Source: the human T2T-CHM13v2.0 reference genome, Homo sapiens. From it: a DNA stretch of 64,000 nucleotides. Below the pieces are notes generated by a model. That model saw only the letters and a list, made by a program, of their open reading frames with translations. It was not told the origin of the DNA and did not search any database. The stretch lies in the NCBI RefSeq assembly GCF_009914755.1, contig NC_060932.1, one strand, 5' to 3'. This document shows, one piece after another, positions 30,560 to 44,824 of this stretch (the stretch's first letter is position 1; every line of letters begins with the position of its first letter). A program made the position numbers and the translations under genes.

Positions 30560-31130
30560 TTGATTCCTGCACTCCTGCTCAAAAAAATCTTCAATGGCTC
30601 CCCACTGTCTGCAAGGTAAAGTCCAAACTTTGTCACCAGTCCTTCAAAGCAACCCATGACTATATCCAAGACCCCAAACCATATTTCTACCTTATAGTCA
30701 GTCTCCATCTTCCACCGCAACCAGAATGATAGTTGAATTGTACTCTAGGAAGGAAAATATTCAGAAAGGCACCAGTCCTGGCCATGAGGGCTGCTTCTGG
30801 GTCCCTAAGCTTTTTCCTTTCCTGCAGTGCCCTACACTGTGCATGCCTATCAATGAAACCCTGTCCATCATTAACCATCCAGCTCAAATACCACCTCTCC
30901 ACAAAACATCCCTGATGGCCCAGCCAAATGCCCCTTTGCTCTGAATTTCCATGGGACTTTATATCACTCACATGACACTTACAACATACTGCCTTGTTTT
31001 GGCATTACCTACATAGCTCATTTTCCCAAACACCTAATAATATTCACAGAAGGAAGAGTTTGGGTTTTGCACTATATTGAATATCCCTGTAGTGCTTTGT
31101 ACATAGCATGGAGCTCAATAAACATCTTGG
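30560..31130 (+). mobile_element. L2 fragment
   Basis: ctcctgctcaaaaaaatcttcaatggctcccc ... gagctcaataaacat tail signature. Confidence 0.55.
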
Positions 31131-33139
31131 GAACATTATCCTTCTCTACTGAAAACTTGTGGATCAAACATAAAGTGCCTTTTGTTTACCTGTCACAACT
31201 CCATCACTTCTATACTTCTATAGGCCAGGCTTTTCACCAAGCACACAGCGTCTGAGTAGTGCAAAGGGCAAAGACTTCACTTCCCTGCTCCTAAGACATC
31301 TTCCCCCACTGAACTACTACTTTTGAGTTGCTTTGAGGTTTCTTCCTCCAGAAGCACTCACACCTTTGTCTTAGACAACATTGATTCTAAGTGGCCACTG
31401 TTAAACATGTATTACATGAAAGCATTCCAGGGAAGTTTGTCTTTTTCTATGTAGTAAGGTTAATTGATCAGATTTGATGATAATCACTTTGGAAGGGATA
31501 AAGGGACAGAGAACTAGGCTATCAGCCAACACACACTGTGCAAATATTTTAGTTGTGATAAAACCAATGGAGGCAAGCAAATAAGCATCATTAAGCTGTG
31601 GCTAGTTAGCAACCAACATTCATTTTGATTGTGGGAGTGACACATTTATATCTCACACTTTGTTTTTCTGTATCCACACCCATTTTCAGCCATTTCTATT
31701 CAGTGTCAAAAAAGACAAGAAAAATTAGACTCAATTTTATTTTTACTGGCCTGGACAACACCAGAGGCACTCAATAAAATGCTTCTCGAGTAAACTTTTT
31801 AAAAATTAATTTTTACTTTTGCTTAACACAAATGCAATTACTGAAAAGATAAAATACCACCATCTTATAAGAGGGCCTAAATTTGCACAATAATGGCAAA
31901 ACTTGATACAGTTTTATCTCAAACCAGCAAAGTTTAGATGTCAGCTCAGTAATTTCAATTAGCACATTCTGGATACATCCTTTCTAACCTGTACAAATAC
32001 ACACTGTCAAAGGCAAATTAAGCCTTGCAAACAGTATTTATTTGCCTCACATTTATGTCACATGATAATCTGTGTTTGGATATCAGACAGCCAAGACAAT
32101 CAAGAATTCCAGGAAATGTCAAAGAAAACTAATGACTACAGAGGTTTCCACTGTGAAAACAATGTCCTGTTTTTGGATGATCACATCTGCTAACCCTCTA
32201 TTTTTTTTTTTTTTTTAATCAAGAGGGGATAGATAACTCATTCTTAAACTTATATTGGGAATACTTCTAATAAAAGAATAATATAATAGATAGATTCAAG
32301 TTCCCATAAAAATGATGCTTTTCTTTGTAATTCCTGTGGGTAGAAGAAAGGAGAAATGGGGTTGGATTACAAACATTGATCAAGAGGCTCTGAGTACCCT
32401 CATTTTTCCTATTTTTATATCTTTTATGATGAAATGACTTAAAGCAATACTCTCCCCTCTTGAAAACTAATAAAGTGAACATGCTTATTTATCTTACTTA
32501 TTCTTTATACAAATATATTCTCTTCTGCATTCAGAAATTAATATTTAGAACACTTCAGGCATAAAAGGAATCCAGATCTTTGATAATTGGTTAAACTCTC
32601 CGATTTAGGACAACAGCAACAAATATTTTCTGATTATATTGTTGCAAAAATAAAAGTATCCATGGTTTTGTTAAAGAACAAGAACAAAGTAACACATTTA
32701 ATGAAAACAGGAGGAAGCCTGGAATCCACCGTGATAAAACTTAGTTGCAATATGAACGCTGCTAGAGGAAGGGCTGGCCAGAACACTTCCTCATCTTAAA
32801 CCAAGCCAAAAATAAATGGGCGGCTCCAAGTCCCTTTGATTTTGTTAAATGTATATTTCCAGTGTAAACTGGCGTTGTTTAAGTTAACAAAGTTTTCCCA
32901 AAGGGCCGGTGGGAAAGAATGAGAGTCCTGCAAATGCAACCTGAGAAAATGTGTTCCTCGCACGGAAATGGAAGAGCTGTGTTGAGATACCAGGGACACA
33001 CGCAGGGCATCTGCGCGAGGTGACATTAGGCTGCCCTTAATGAGTTTTCTGCTTCTGATAACAGGGTGTCACTTTTTTCTTTTCTTTTAACTGTAAAAGG
33101 ATCCTGGGGTGAAAATGAGTGAATTGCCCCCACACTCCT

Positions 33140-33985
33140 AGATTCCTTCCGGGAGAAGAGGGCGGACGCAGGCTGGGGAGGCGGGATCGGGACCCGGAGG
33201 TCCCAGGAACGGGTGGCTGAGGTCAAGGCCGAAGACCTGGGCGCCCACTCCCAGTGCCGGGTGCCCGGGAGAGGAAGACTGGGCGGACCCCCGCGCTTCC
33301 GGATGAGGCGGACTTAGGTCAATGCGGGAAACATTGCATGTCACCTCTTCCCACTCGGAGAGGCCGGGTGTCTTCCTGAGAGCTGGCAGGAAAGCGGCCG
33401 AGGCGCAGAGGCGCCCGGAGCCAGCCGCCCTGGCCGCGTCCCCACCGGGCTGCGGTGGCTGCGGGGCGGCCCTTACCTGGTTCCTGCGGTACCAGTCGCC
33501 CGAGAGGGAGCCGTTGCCGGCGCCTGGTGCCCCGTACGTGAAATTCAGTGACAGCTCGTCCAGGGCGGCCGAGGCGGAGTCCCCGGGGCCCGCGGGCGCC
33601 ACCGCTGCCATGAGGTCTCGCTCCCGGCGCTCGGGCTCCGGCTCGGGCTGCGGCCGCCTCCCCGCCCTGTTGCACCGCGAGGAGGCCGCGCCGCAGCCAC
33701 TTCCTGCTCGGTGCCCGGGCGAGGCGGGCGCGCCGAGGCCACCTGGCTCCCGCCCCCGCGCGGCCGTAGGTGCTCCCAGCCTGGCCGGGCGCTGCCTCCT
33801 CTCCTCCTCCGGTGCGAGGTGTCCTCGGGGAGCCCGGCGGTCTGCGGCCTCCCGGGGCCGTCCAGCTCGCACCGCGCCCTCCTTCCGCTGGGCCAGTGTC
33901 TGCATCCTCGGGGCCGCACTGCCCAAGGGGGCAATCCCCGCGGCCGTCCGCAACGGGTCCCCGCGCCTGTCGGGGCCAGAATCAG
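33140..33985. promoter_or_regulatory. NIPAL2: CpG island / NIPAL2 promoter and first exon region
   Basis: Abruptly GC- and CpG-rich, repeat-free; GC boxes; ETS motif CAGGAAGTG (minus, 33698-33706); no obvious TATA box. Confidence 0.9.
33477..33611 (-). CDS. NIPAL2: NIPA-like protein 2, first coding exon (45 aa, phase-0 donor)
   Basis: MAAVAPAGPGDSASAALDELSLNFTYGAPGAGNGSLSGDWYRRNQ recognised as the NIPAL2 N-terminus; strong donor CAG|GTAAGG; two N-glycosylation sequons (NFT, NGS). No next exon was found in the window. Confidence 0.92.
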
Positions 33986-34877
33986 ATCATCTCCGTTGTA
34001 AACATTTGTCCAAGTCAATGGAAGAGGAGGAGACACTGACTAACCCAAAGCAGCTATCATCTCCCATCTCTACCTGGCAATTCCAGTCCTCTATCACATA
34101 TGTAGTGTTTCTCACCGATATTTTAAAAATTGATTGCATATGAAAAAGTCATGAGTTCCCAGAAATATTGTAAGCAATATGAGAAAAAAAGATCCGAGCG
34201 ATTGAATCTCAGTGCCAGTGCTTGATAGATCCTTAGTAAATATTCCTTGAATGAGGAATGTGGTAGCCATAGGACCCCAGTGTGCGATGACTGGATTGGG
34301 TTTGCTTCAGATGGGATCAGGTGGAGTTGCTGAAAAGTTGCCAGCTACTGTATATATGAATTTAGGATGAAAGATAAATGTTGTTATTAATCTTAAGAAC
34401 TCTAACGAGATGTTCTGGTTTTACCTGTATTCAAATTCTAATGTGTGACCACAAATGATCTGTAGGGTATTTCTCACTTTAAAAAAACCATGATTCTATA
34501 CTGTTGCCTGAAGGCTGATAGTTGCCTTCTTTTGTTTACACAATGCTGAGGTTTTTCTTAGATAATGTGCTTTGACTTCCATGAGTTCATGAAAGAGAGA
34601 CCTTCAAGAAAAGAGAATTGCTGCCTAGAAGGGAGCAGGGACAGTTTTCAGTGTTTCTTAGGGGAAATGTGCAAATGAGAGAAAAGAGTGAGAAAAAGTC
34701 ATTTCACATACAGAAAAAACAAGACATGTCGTCTCAGAAATTGTGTAGTTTCTTGCTTAAGCACTCGAGATGTTCAGTGAACAGCTAACAATTGTAGGTA
34801 ACTATTCCCAATTTTAAGAGGCTGATTTACTTCAAATAAATATCTGAAGGAAAAAGGTCTCTATTTGTTATATTACA

Positions 34878-35470
<593 letters not shown>

Positions 35471-35539
35471 ATAAGTTTTCTATAACATCACATTCATTGA
35501 TATTGGTGACTTCATTAATGCTTCTTTCTCTTCACATGC

Positions 35540-35910
35540 TTTAGGGTGCAAGTAACAGAGTATCCAAATAAAAGTGGCTTAAACAATAATTATCTGCTAT
35601 CTCCAGAGGAATGTGTCTCTATGTGGTTCTATTATGTCGTCACTTCCACCTTTCTGCTCTGCTATCCCTGAGGTACTGGTCTTGTCCATTGAGGGAGGAA
35701 AGCCTTTTCCAGAATCCTCCTGGCATCCTTTCACCTCAGATCCCATTGGCTGGGACTGGGTCACATGCCCATGTTCTACCAGCAAGGGAGGCTGGGAAAG
35801 TGATTCTTGGGTATTTCCAACCTAGTGAGAGGTAAGCTCTACCAACCAGGATGAGTGGGAATGCCATGGGGTTATGGGGGAGGGGAACCAGTCAACCCTG
35901 GTACAACCAC
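35540..35910 (-). mobile_element. Old MLT1-type LTR
   Basis: tcccattggctgggactgggtcacatgccc...agcaagggaggctgggaa signature. Confidence 0.5.
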
Positions 35911-36000
35911 TCTAGTATTTTTCTATCAGCCAGATTGTAAGTAGTTGTACAGTTGCTAACAAGCAAAATACTAAATGGATTGTGTTACTTTCTGGTTTAA

Positions 36001-36335
<335 letters not shown>

Positions 36336-36420
36336 AATTTTTTTTTTTTTTTAATTTTTTGTAGAGATGGGGTCTCATTATGTTTCCCAGGCTGGTCTAG
36401 AACTCCTGGCCTCAAACAAT
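36336..36420 (-). mobile_element. Truncated AluJ/FLAM left-arm fragment
   Basis: T run followed by gtagagatggggtctcattatgtttcccagg; ends abruptly. Confidence 0.7.
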
Positions 36421-37049
36421 TCAGTGAGACTTCTGAATAAAACTAAGTTTAATTCTTTAAAAGCTTGATTTTTTTCCCTTTAGTTGATACTCTGCTATAC
36501 TCAACTTGTTCCCATTTTATTTCTTAATTTAAAAAAACATTTTCAATTTCTTTACATTTGTTTAAAACCTCTAATTTTGGAGGAAGATGGTACATGATGC
36601 AGAGAAGATTTGATGTACAGCCTACCACGTGGTGTTCTCTAGATTCCAAGATGTCACTGCTGTTGCTGCTGTCCTAGTGTGTGTGGGTGGTTGAAACGAA
36701 GAATTCGTGACCAGCGTTCCTTCCCACACAGTTCACAAGGAGGCGGCAGGAATGCCATGTGAACTATTTTGGTCCCAGCAGTGTAGGCAGAGCTGTGGAG
36801 ATTGTTCCGTACTTTGTGACGGCCTCTACCTCTCGTGGGATTTCTTCAGGGGATATCCTGTTCACTTTACGGGATGCCAAAAGCTAAAAAAAGGGCTGAA
36901 ACGTGGAAGTCTGTCTTCCTCAGTTAATTTGAAGAACTCTACTCTGGTGCCAAATCATTTACTTAGAGAGCAGGGTTAGATTTTGCCTACCTTGCCTGGG
37001 ATCAGTCACTGGCAGCATTAACAAAACAGCTTTTTTTTTTCTCTCAACT

Positions 37050-37200
37050 TTTTTTTTAGATACAGGGGTACATGTGCAGGTTTGTTACATGGGTTTCTTG
37101 CAACCAAGTAGTGAGCATAGTACCAGTAGGTAGTTTTTCCACCTGTGCCCTCCTCCTTCCCTCCCCTCTCTAGTAGTCCGCATTGTTGATTGTTCCCATG
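37050..37200 (-). mobile_element. Old L1PA 3' terminal fragment
   Basis: tacaggggtacatgtgcaggtttgttacatggg. Confidence 0.7.
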
Positions 37201-37619
37201 AATAAAATGTTTTTTTTAAAATTCATCTCTAGCACAATTCAGTCAATACTAGTTGTGTTACAATAAGCATTACTCAAGTTAGGAGCTTTTAAGGGGCCAA
37301 AGTAGAGAAGGGTATGGATTAATTCAGGTATCTCACATCATAAGCCAAGTCCAGATTAGAGACTTTGATGAGAGAGGCGAAACTTTGAATCTTATAGAAT
37401 AACATATGACATCATCTCTATAAACAACAGTTTGGCAATTGTTAAAGTGCAAACACAAGGCAGACTGTCTGGGTTCAAATCCTGACTCCACTGCTTATTT
37501 GCTGTATGACCTCATCTAGTTGCTCAATTTCTCTGAGCCTTGTCTTTATCACCTGTAAAAGGGAGATGATAAGGAGTACCCGAAACATAGAAAGTACTCA
37601 ATAGGTGCCGGCTATAACC

Positions 37620-38235
37620 TTACAATAGGGAAGCATCCCTTAAACAAATTAAAAAATACAATCCACATAGACAAAGATTCATAAGTGCAATTACAATAAA
37701 ACTAAGAACTTTTTTTTTTTTCGAGACAGGGTCTTGCTCTGTTGCCCAGGCTGGAGTGCAGTGGTACAATTTTGGCAGGACGAAGTCTTGATCTCCCAGG
37801 CTCAATCCATCCTCCCACCTCAGCCTCATGAGTAGCTGGGACTACAGGCTCACACCATGACGCCCAGCTAATTTTTGGGTTTTTTTGTAGAAATGGGGTT
37901 TCACCATGTTGCCCAGGCTGGTCTCAAACTCCTGGGCTCAAGCAATCTGCCTACTTGGCCTCCCAAAGTGCGGGTTTACAGGCATGAGCCACCATGCCCA
38001 GCCAAACTAAGAACTTTTATACATCAATAGGCACCATAAAGTGTAAAAAGATAAGTCAGAAACTGAGAATCTTAATACAAAAATACTAGCCAGGCATGGT
38101 GGCGCATGCCTGTAGTCTCAGCTACTTGGGGAGGCTGAGGCAGGAGGATCACCTGAGCCCGGGAGGTCAAGGCTGCCCTGAGCTGTGATCATGCTACTAC
38201 ACTCCAGCCTGGGCAATAGAGTGAGACCCTGCCAC

Positions 38236-38266
<31 letters not shown>

Positions 38267-39450
38267 GTCAAACTCAGAACTTTTATTTCTCATACATGTG
38301 ACTGACCAAGGATTCACATCCAGAATATATAAATAACTCCTTCAGGTCAATAAGAAAAAGTCAGACAACTGGTAGAAAAATGGGCAAAAATATAAACAGG
38401 TGGTCTTCATAAGAAAAACTATAAATGGCTAATAAACATATAAAATACTTCCATTTCACCAGTAATCAGAAAAATACAAAATAATATCTCCAATGAGAAC
38501 CATTTTACACCTGCTGGTTGGCAAAAAAAAAAATTTTTAATTTGCATACCAAGTGTTGATAAGGATGTGGAGCAAAAGAAACTCTTATTTAGTGCTGATG
38601 CTATTGACACTGGAAAGAGTTTGACAGTATTTGGTAAAGATGAAGATGTACATGTGAATTTCACTCTTATGTACATACCCCAGAGAAACTTCCGTACCTG
38701 GACAGCAGAAGAGATGTATAAGAATAACAGCACTCTTTGTAACAGCAAAACAAACAAACAAACAAACAAACAAACAAACAAAAAACTGGAAGCAGCTCAA
38801 ATGTCCATTAGCAGGAATAGTGGGCAAATGAATTTTGATACATTTATATAATGGAACACAGCAATGAAATTACCTGAATGACAACCACCTAACAGCCACA
38901 GCAACATGGATGAATCCCACAAACATAATAATAGCAAATCCATAGAAGATTATATTCAGTATTATTCAAAAGCATGCAAAATTAGACAATATATTGTTTA
39001 GAAGTACATCTATCTATATGTGGGAAGACCTAATGAAAAGCAAAGGATAGACCAGGTGCTGTGGCTCATGCCTGTAATCCCAGCATTTTAGGAAGCGGAG
39101 GCGAGCTGATCATTTGAGCTCAGGAGTTCAAGACGAGCCTGGGCAACATGGTGAGATCTGTATAGGTACAGTGAGCCGTGATGGCTCCACTGCATTCTGT
39201 CCTGGGGTACAGAGTGACACCCTGTCTGAAAAAGAAAGAAAGAAAAAGAGAGAGAGGAAGGAAGGAAGGAAGGGGCAAAAAATGATAAACACAAAAATTC
39301 TGATAGTGGTTGAAAGGTTTGGCAACGTTCTATTTTCTAAATTGGGTTATGTGTTATATGGGCATTTGTACTATTATTATTCTTAAAGGTATACACTTAT
39401 GTCAAGTGTGCTTTTTTATAACCATAATATATTTTACAACTAACACAAAA
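37620..39450 (+). mobile_element. Ancient L1M fragment interrupted by three Alus (AluJ minus 37710-38003, right arm plus ~38075-38265, deleted Alu ~39050-39270)
   Basis: Decayed ORF2 3' sequence; TSD aaactaagaactttt around the AluJ; (AAAC)n at 38747-38785. Confidence 0.7.
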
Positions 39451-39649
39451 AGACCCATCCAGAAAAAAACCGAGGTTTTGTGGTTAGAGGTTTGAAAAGT
39501 TCAAGATTGGTAGACCTGGATTAAAGTGTGGTCTTCTGACCTTTATCAGCTGTATGACTTTGGGCGAATTCTCTGAGATTAAGTTTCCTAATTCATGAAG
39601 TGGGAATGATAATATTTATCTTAAAGGCTTTTTTGAACATTAAGTAATG

Positions 39650-40620
39650 TGAGCTGTATTTCAGCTCAGTTCACCAAATACTTAAGTTTGTGCCAGGAGC
39701 CCAGGACATGAAATTGGATAAGGCATGAGGAGCTTAACTGGCTGTGAGCAGGCAAACATGCCAATAGGTAGGCTCAATGTTACAAGTTAACTTCAGCACA
39801 AGGGTGGGAGGAAAGAAAGAAGAAGCAGCCAGCTCAGGTTGGGCAGGCAGGTGCAGCCTGGGAGGGCTAACTAGAAGAGGTGATGACTATTGAGAGCCCT
39901 GAGATGAGTTAGCCACATGAAGAAGGGAGGTCAAGGGTGAACAGGGCTTGCAGCAGGCAGAACACAGGCAAAGACAGCAGAGTATGTATGTATCCACATG
40001 AAGCAATTCCACATTACCCTTAGGTGATACACTAACATAAGGATAGAGAGGCTGACAGGGCCAGGAAATTGAGGGCTTTGTGTGTTGGATGATCAAGGTC
40101 AGTCTTGACTCTTAACGGGGAACCACTGAGTAACTTAAGATAAGAGGGCAGCAGGGCAAGCTTAGAGCTGTAAAATCTCCCTTGTTGGAGGCACAGGTGT
40201 GGCTGGGTGTGGTTTAAGGGGAGAAACACAAGATAGGAGACAAGTTAGGGACTGCTATGGCTCAAATGAGGATATATGAGAAAGGCTGGGGAGAAGGAGA
40301 GGGATTAAGAAACGTTTAGAAGTAAAATTGGCATGACCTGCTGATGGGGCAGGGAAAGGTGGGAGAAGGGAGAGTCTAAGATTGTTGTAGTTGGGGCTAT
40401 TAAGTAAAAAGGCAGCACCATTCACTGATGTGGGGAATAGGAAAGAGGAACCAGTGTAGGGGAACCGGAGTTTGGTTTCAAGACTCATTGAATTTGAGGA
40501 ACTTGTATAATATTCAAGCAGGAAAGGGTGTACAGAATTTATTCTAAGGTGCGCTGGTGAGGTCAGGGCCAGGGAAATAGATCTGGGACTCACCAGCATA
40601 CAGGTGGATGAGACTGGCCA
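39650..40620 (-). mobile_element. L2 fragment
   Basis: Purine-rich L2-like sequence, e.g. ggggaaccactgagtaacttaag and caccattcactgatgtgggg. Confidence 0.55.
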
Positions 40621-40650
40621 TGGCTAGCAAGTAGCCAATATCTTTTAGAG

Positions 40651-40874
40651 CAGTGTTCAGCACACTTTTTCTGTAAATGGCCAGATAGTAAATATTTTAG
40701 GTTTTGTGGACCATATGGTCTCTGTCACAACTACTCAACTCTGCCATTGCAGCGTGAAAGCAGCCACAGACAACATGTGTATAAATGGATGTGGCTGTGT
40801 TCCAATAAAACTTTATTTACAAAAACAGCATGCTCACTGGATTCGCCCCATAGGCCACAATTTGCTGACCCCTG
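40651..40874. mobile_element. MER58A (hAT-Charlie MITE)
   Basis: TIR-like ends cagtgttcagca...tgctgacccctg; ccagatagtaaatattttagg core. Confidence 0.85.
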
Positions 40875-43085
40875 TTCCAGATAGAGTACAGAACACAAGG
40901 CCAACAAAAACTGCCTAAGAGGTAAGAGCATGGATTTTTAGGGTTCTCAGAATTCGAGACAGGATCCCAGTTCAAAGGGAAATACATTAATTCCTAACTA
41001 CAACCTGGGAAGGCAGGGGTGGAGCTGGACTACTGGATCTGGGAACCTGATTGTGCCATCTGGGCTTCATCCTCAGATCAGCTTCACATGGTGAGATTAT
41101 GGCCACAGGGGCTCCTGATGCCATCCTTAGAGTGACAAAGGAAAGGGGGAGTGTGGCAGATTGGACTACACAGTTCTTCATGCCCCCGACACAGGAATAT
41201 TTGCCTTGTACATCCCCACCCATTGCTCAGTGACTACAATTTCTCCCACAGAGGCATCTTCCCATTGATGGTGGGCTTGGGCACATGATTTGCTTTGGCC
41301 AATAGAAACGTAGATGGAGTGAGGGTGACAATTCCAGGCCAAGGTTTTTAGAGGCATTCCTGTGCTCCTCTCTGAAAAGATAACTCCAAATAGCCACTGG
41401 TCCAGGGAGGAAAAAGAAACCTGTGAAGTGGACCTAAAGCCAATCCTGGCTGTCTTCAATGGAGCCATATCTGACCTGTAGACTCTTGGGCAAGAAAATA
41501 AATTTAGATTGTTAAAAACCACTGAGATTTTGAAGGTATGTATTAAGCAGCAAAACCAATTGATTAAGGGTATTCCCAACCAGCTTCAGTTAGAAAGTTC
41601 AGGGAAAAAAATCTCTGACTGGTCTGCTTTGTGACATGTGACCCATTCCTGCACCAATCGCTGAGGACAGGATTTGGTGGTATGATTGGCCCACCTGGAT
41701 CATACACCCACTCTATTCAAGGTGATGGGGCATTATCAAGGTGAGGAAAAGGGATGCTGAGCAGATAAAAGCAATTGCCAACATTGTGGAAGACCAGCAT
41801 AGAGCAGTGCTGTAGAAACCTGGACAGGAGAGAACTACAAAAATGAAGGTGTGTTGAATAAAGCTGTCAGCTGCAGAAAGGGTACTGAGACAGTAAATGA
41901 AATGTGTTTATTGGCTTTGACAATAATAGGTGGTCACTGGTGATCTTTTCCTGAGAGTTTCAGTAGAGTGTTGGGGTGACAGTCAGATCATAGTTAACTA
42001 TAAAATTTCACAAAACTCTAATTCACCATAGGAATGTCAGTTATTACTGTAAATAACCTTAGATAAGGAAGAGGTTAGGAATCAGGGGAGAGCCAGGAGT
42101 TTTATCACTTTGAAGCCATAGGAGGCTTCTGGGAAAGGGATGTTGGGATCAGTCCATACTCAAGGGAGACAATGCTCAGAGTGGGGGAAACCCATTAAGG
42201 GGAGTACCAAGGCTGCACAGTCCTGGTGTGACCCTCAGGGCCTGAGGCAGAATTGCATCTTTGGGAACCAGACGCAAAGGCAGGATCCAAGCAACGTGGA
42301 ATTTAAAAACAGCAGTGAGAGATGATTTGAGGGAGGTAGAATAGGCCAAGGGAGGAGAGAGCTGATAAGAATATCTGGTCTCAGGCCTGGAGAAACAAGA
42401 ACAGATCCAGCCCTAAACAAAAGTATTCAATGGACAAAATGTTAATCTAGTGCCCACCCTGCTTTAAGACTGACCTTTCCTTGACTTATTGTGAAGCCTT
42501 TTTCCATAACCCTCCGCAACTCCTGTCCTCCCTCCATACCCCATCCCACCTGCATTTACTGACTTCTGGCTATGCAGGGCTTCCCAAGGCTGTGTCCCAT
42601 CCAGGCCAGTCCTCCACAGACAGCATCTCTTCCCCTGCCTTGTCTAAAATCATACCGTCTCACTTCGCATTCCTTTGCTCTCTACTTTCAAAGAGTAGTC
42701 TAAGAATGAATCCATGCCAAGATATGGACATAATAGATCTTCTGTGTCTATTTGCTTTCTAAATGGACTCTCCTGGCAACACAAGATCTTAACCCAAAGG
42801 AGTATATCAGTCATGGTAAGAATTTGGATAGATGGAGGTGGGAAGGGCAAAATTGCCCCTCAAATCTTACTACATAATAGGTTTGTTACTGTGAAGGCTG
42901 CTTGTGAATTGGAGAAATATTGAGGGGAATGAGATAAAAACCTTAATTTTAGAAATAAAATATTTAATTTGGGGTGATGACACAACAGATCTTAGATGTA
43001 ATTGGTAAATGAAAAATCCCCTGGAGTGAGAAATATAGAGGTAGACAAATGGCCACAGGTCAGAGGTCAAGAGGTAGTTACTGGC

Positions 43086-43388
43086 TAGGCTTAGTGGCTC
43101 ATGCCTGTAATTCCAGCACTTTGGGAGGCCAAGGTCAGAGGATTGCTTGAGCCCAGGAGTTTGGAGACCAGCTTGGGTAGCATAGTGAGACCTCGTCTCT
43201 ACAAAATAAGAGAAATTAGCTGGGTGTGGTGGCATGTGCCTGTGGTCCCAGCTACCTGGGAGTCTGAGAGGAAGATGACTGGAGGCTGGGAGGTTGAGGC
43301 TGCAGTGAGCCATGATCATGCCACTGCACTCCGGCCTGGGCAACAGAGCAAGACCCTGTCTCAAAAAAAAAAAAAAAAAAAAAAAAAA
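43086..43388 (+). mobile_element. AluJ-type element
   Basis: Full dimer, long A tail; degenerate TSD aagaggtagtta/aagaagtagtca. Confidence 0.88.
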
Positions 43389-43537
43389 GAAGTAGTCAGC
43401 CACATCATAGTATTATCTTTCCCTTCCAGTTCATAGTTTACAAATACTGTCACCTCTATTATTTCATTTGATTCTTTCAAAAGCTCTGTAAAGTAAGCAG
43501 AACATTTGTGTTTTTAGAAAGCATTTTTATGTCTTGT

Positions 43538-44148
<611 letters not shown>

Positions 44149-44282
44149 GAAAATTTGCATTTTTAAAAAGCAAAAGCAAACACCTCAGCTTAGAGAAACT
44201 AAATTATTTACCTAATGTTCACTGCTGGTTTGTGGTGGAGCCAAGACTTCTGCTGCTCAATGAAGATGTCCAGGTAGAAGCG

Positions 44283-44824
44283 TATACTAATCAGGGCTCT
44301 TCAGAGAAACAGAGCTAATAGGAGATAGGCATACACACATGCACACGCACACAGACTTATGATGAGGAATTGGCTCACATGATTATGAAGGTGAAGTCCC
44401 AAGATCTATAGTTGGCAAACTGAACACCCTAAAGAGCCAATGGTGCAGTTTCAGTCTGAGTCTGAAGGCCTGAGAACCAGGAGAGTCAGTGGGGTAGGTT
44501 CCAGCCCAAAAGTGGGCAGGCCTGAGTCCCAAGAAGAGCTGATTTTTCAGTTAGATTTCAAAGGCAGGAAATGACCCATGTTCCAGCTCAAGCCATCAGG
44601 CAGCAGGGGTTCCCTCTGACTCAGTCTTTTTGTTCTATTCAGGTCTTCAGTCAACTGATGAGACCCACCCACATTAGGGAGCATAGTCTGCTGTACTCAG
44701 TCTACCAATTCAGCTATGAAGCTCCTCCAGAAACTCCCGCACAGCCACATCCCAAATAATGTTTGGCCAAATGTCTGGGTACCCTGTGGCCCGGTCAAGT
44801 GGACACATGAAAGTCACCATCACA
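44283..44824 (-). mobile_element. MLT2-type (ERVL) solo LTR
   Basis: cagagaaacagagctaatagg...gaggaattggctcacatgatt...caccatcaca. Confidence 0.75.

Noticed and set aside
33138-34143. Overlapping long ORFs on both strands (271, 273, 163 and 118 aa)
   Set aside because: Expected from stop-codon scarcity in a CpG island. Only the 45-codon segment ending at a consensus donor matches a known protein.
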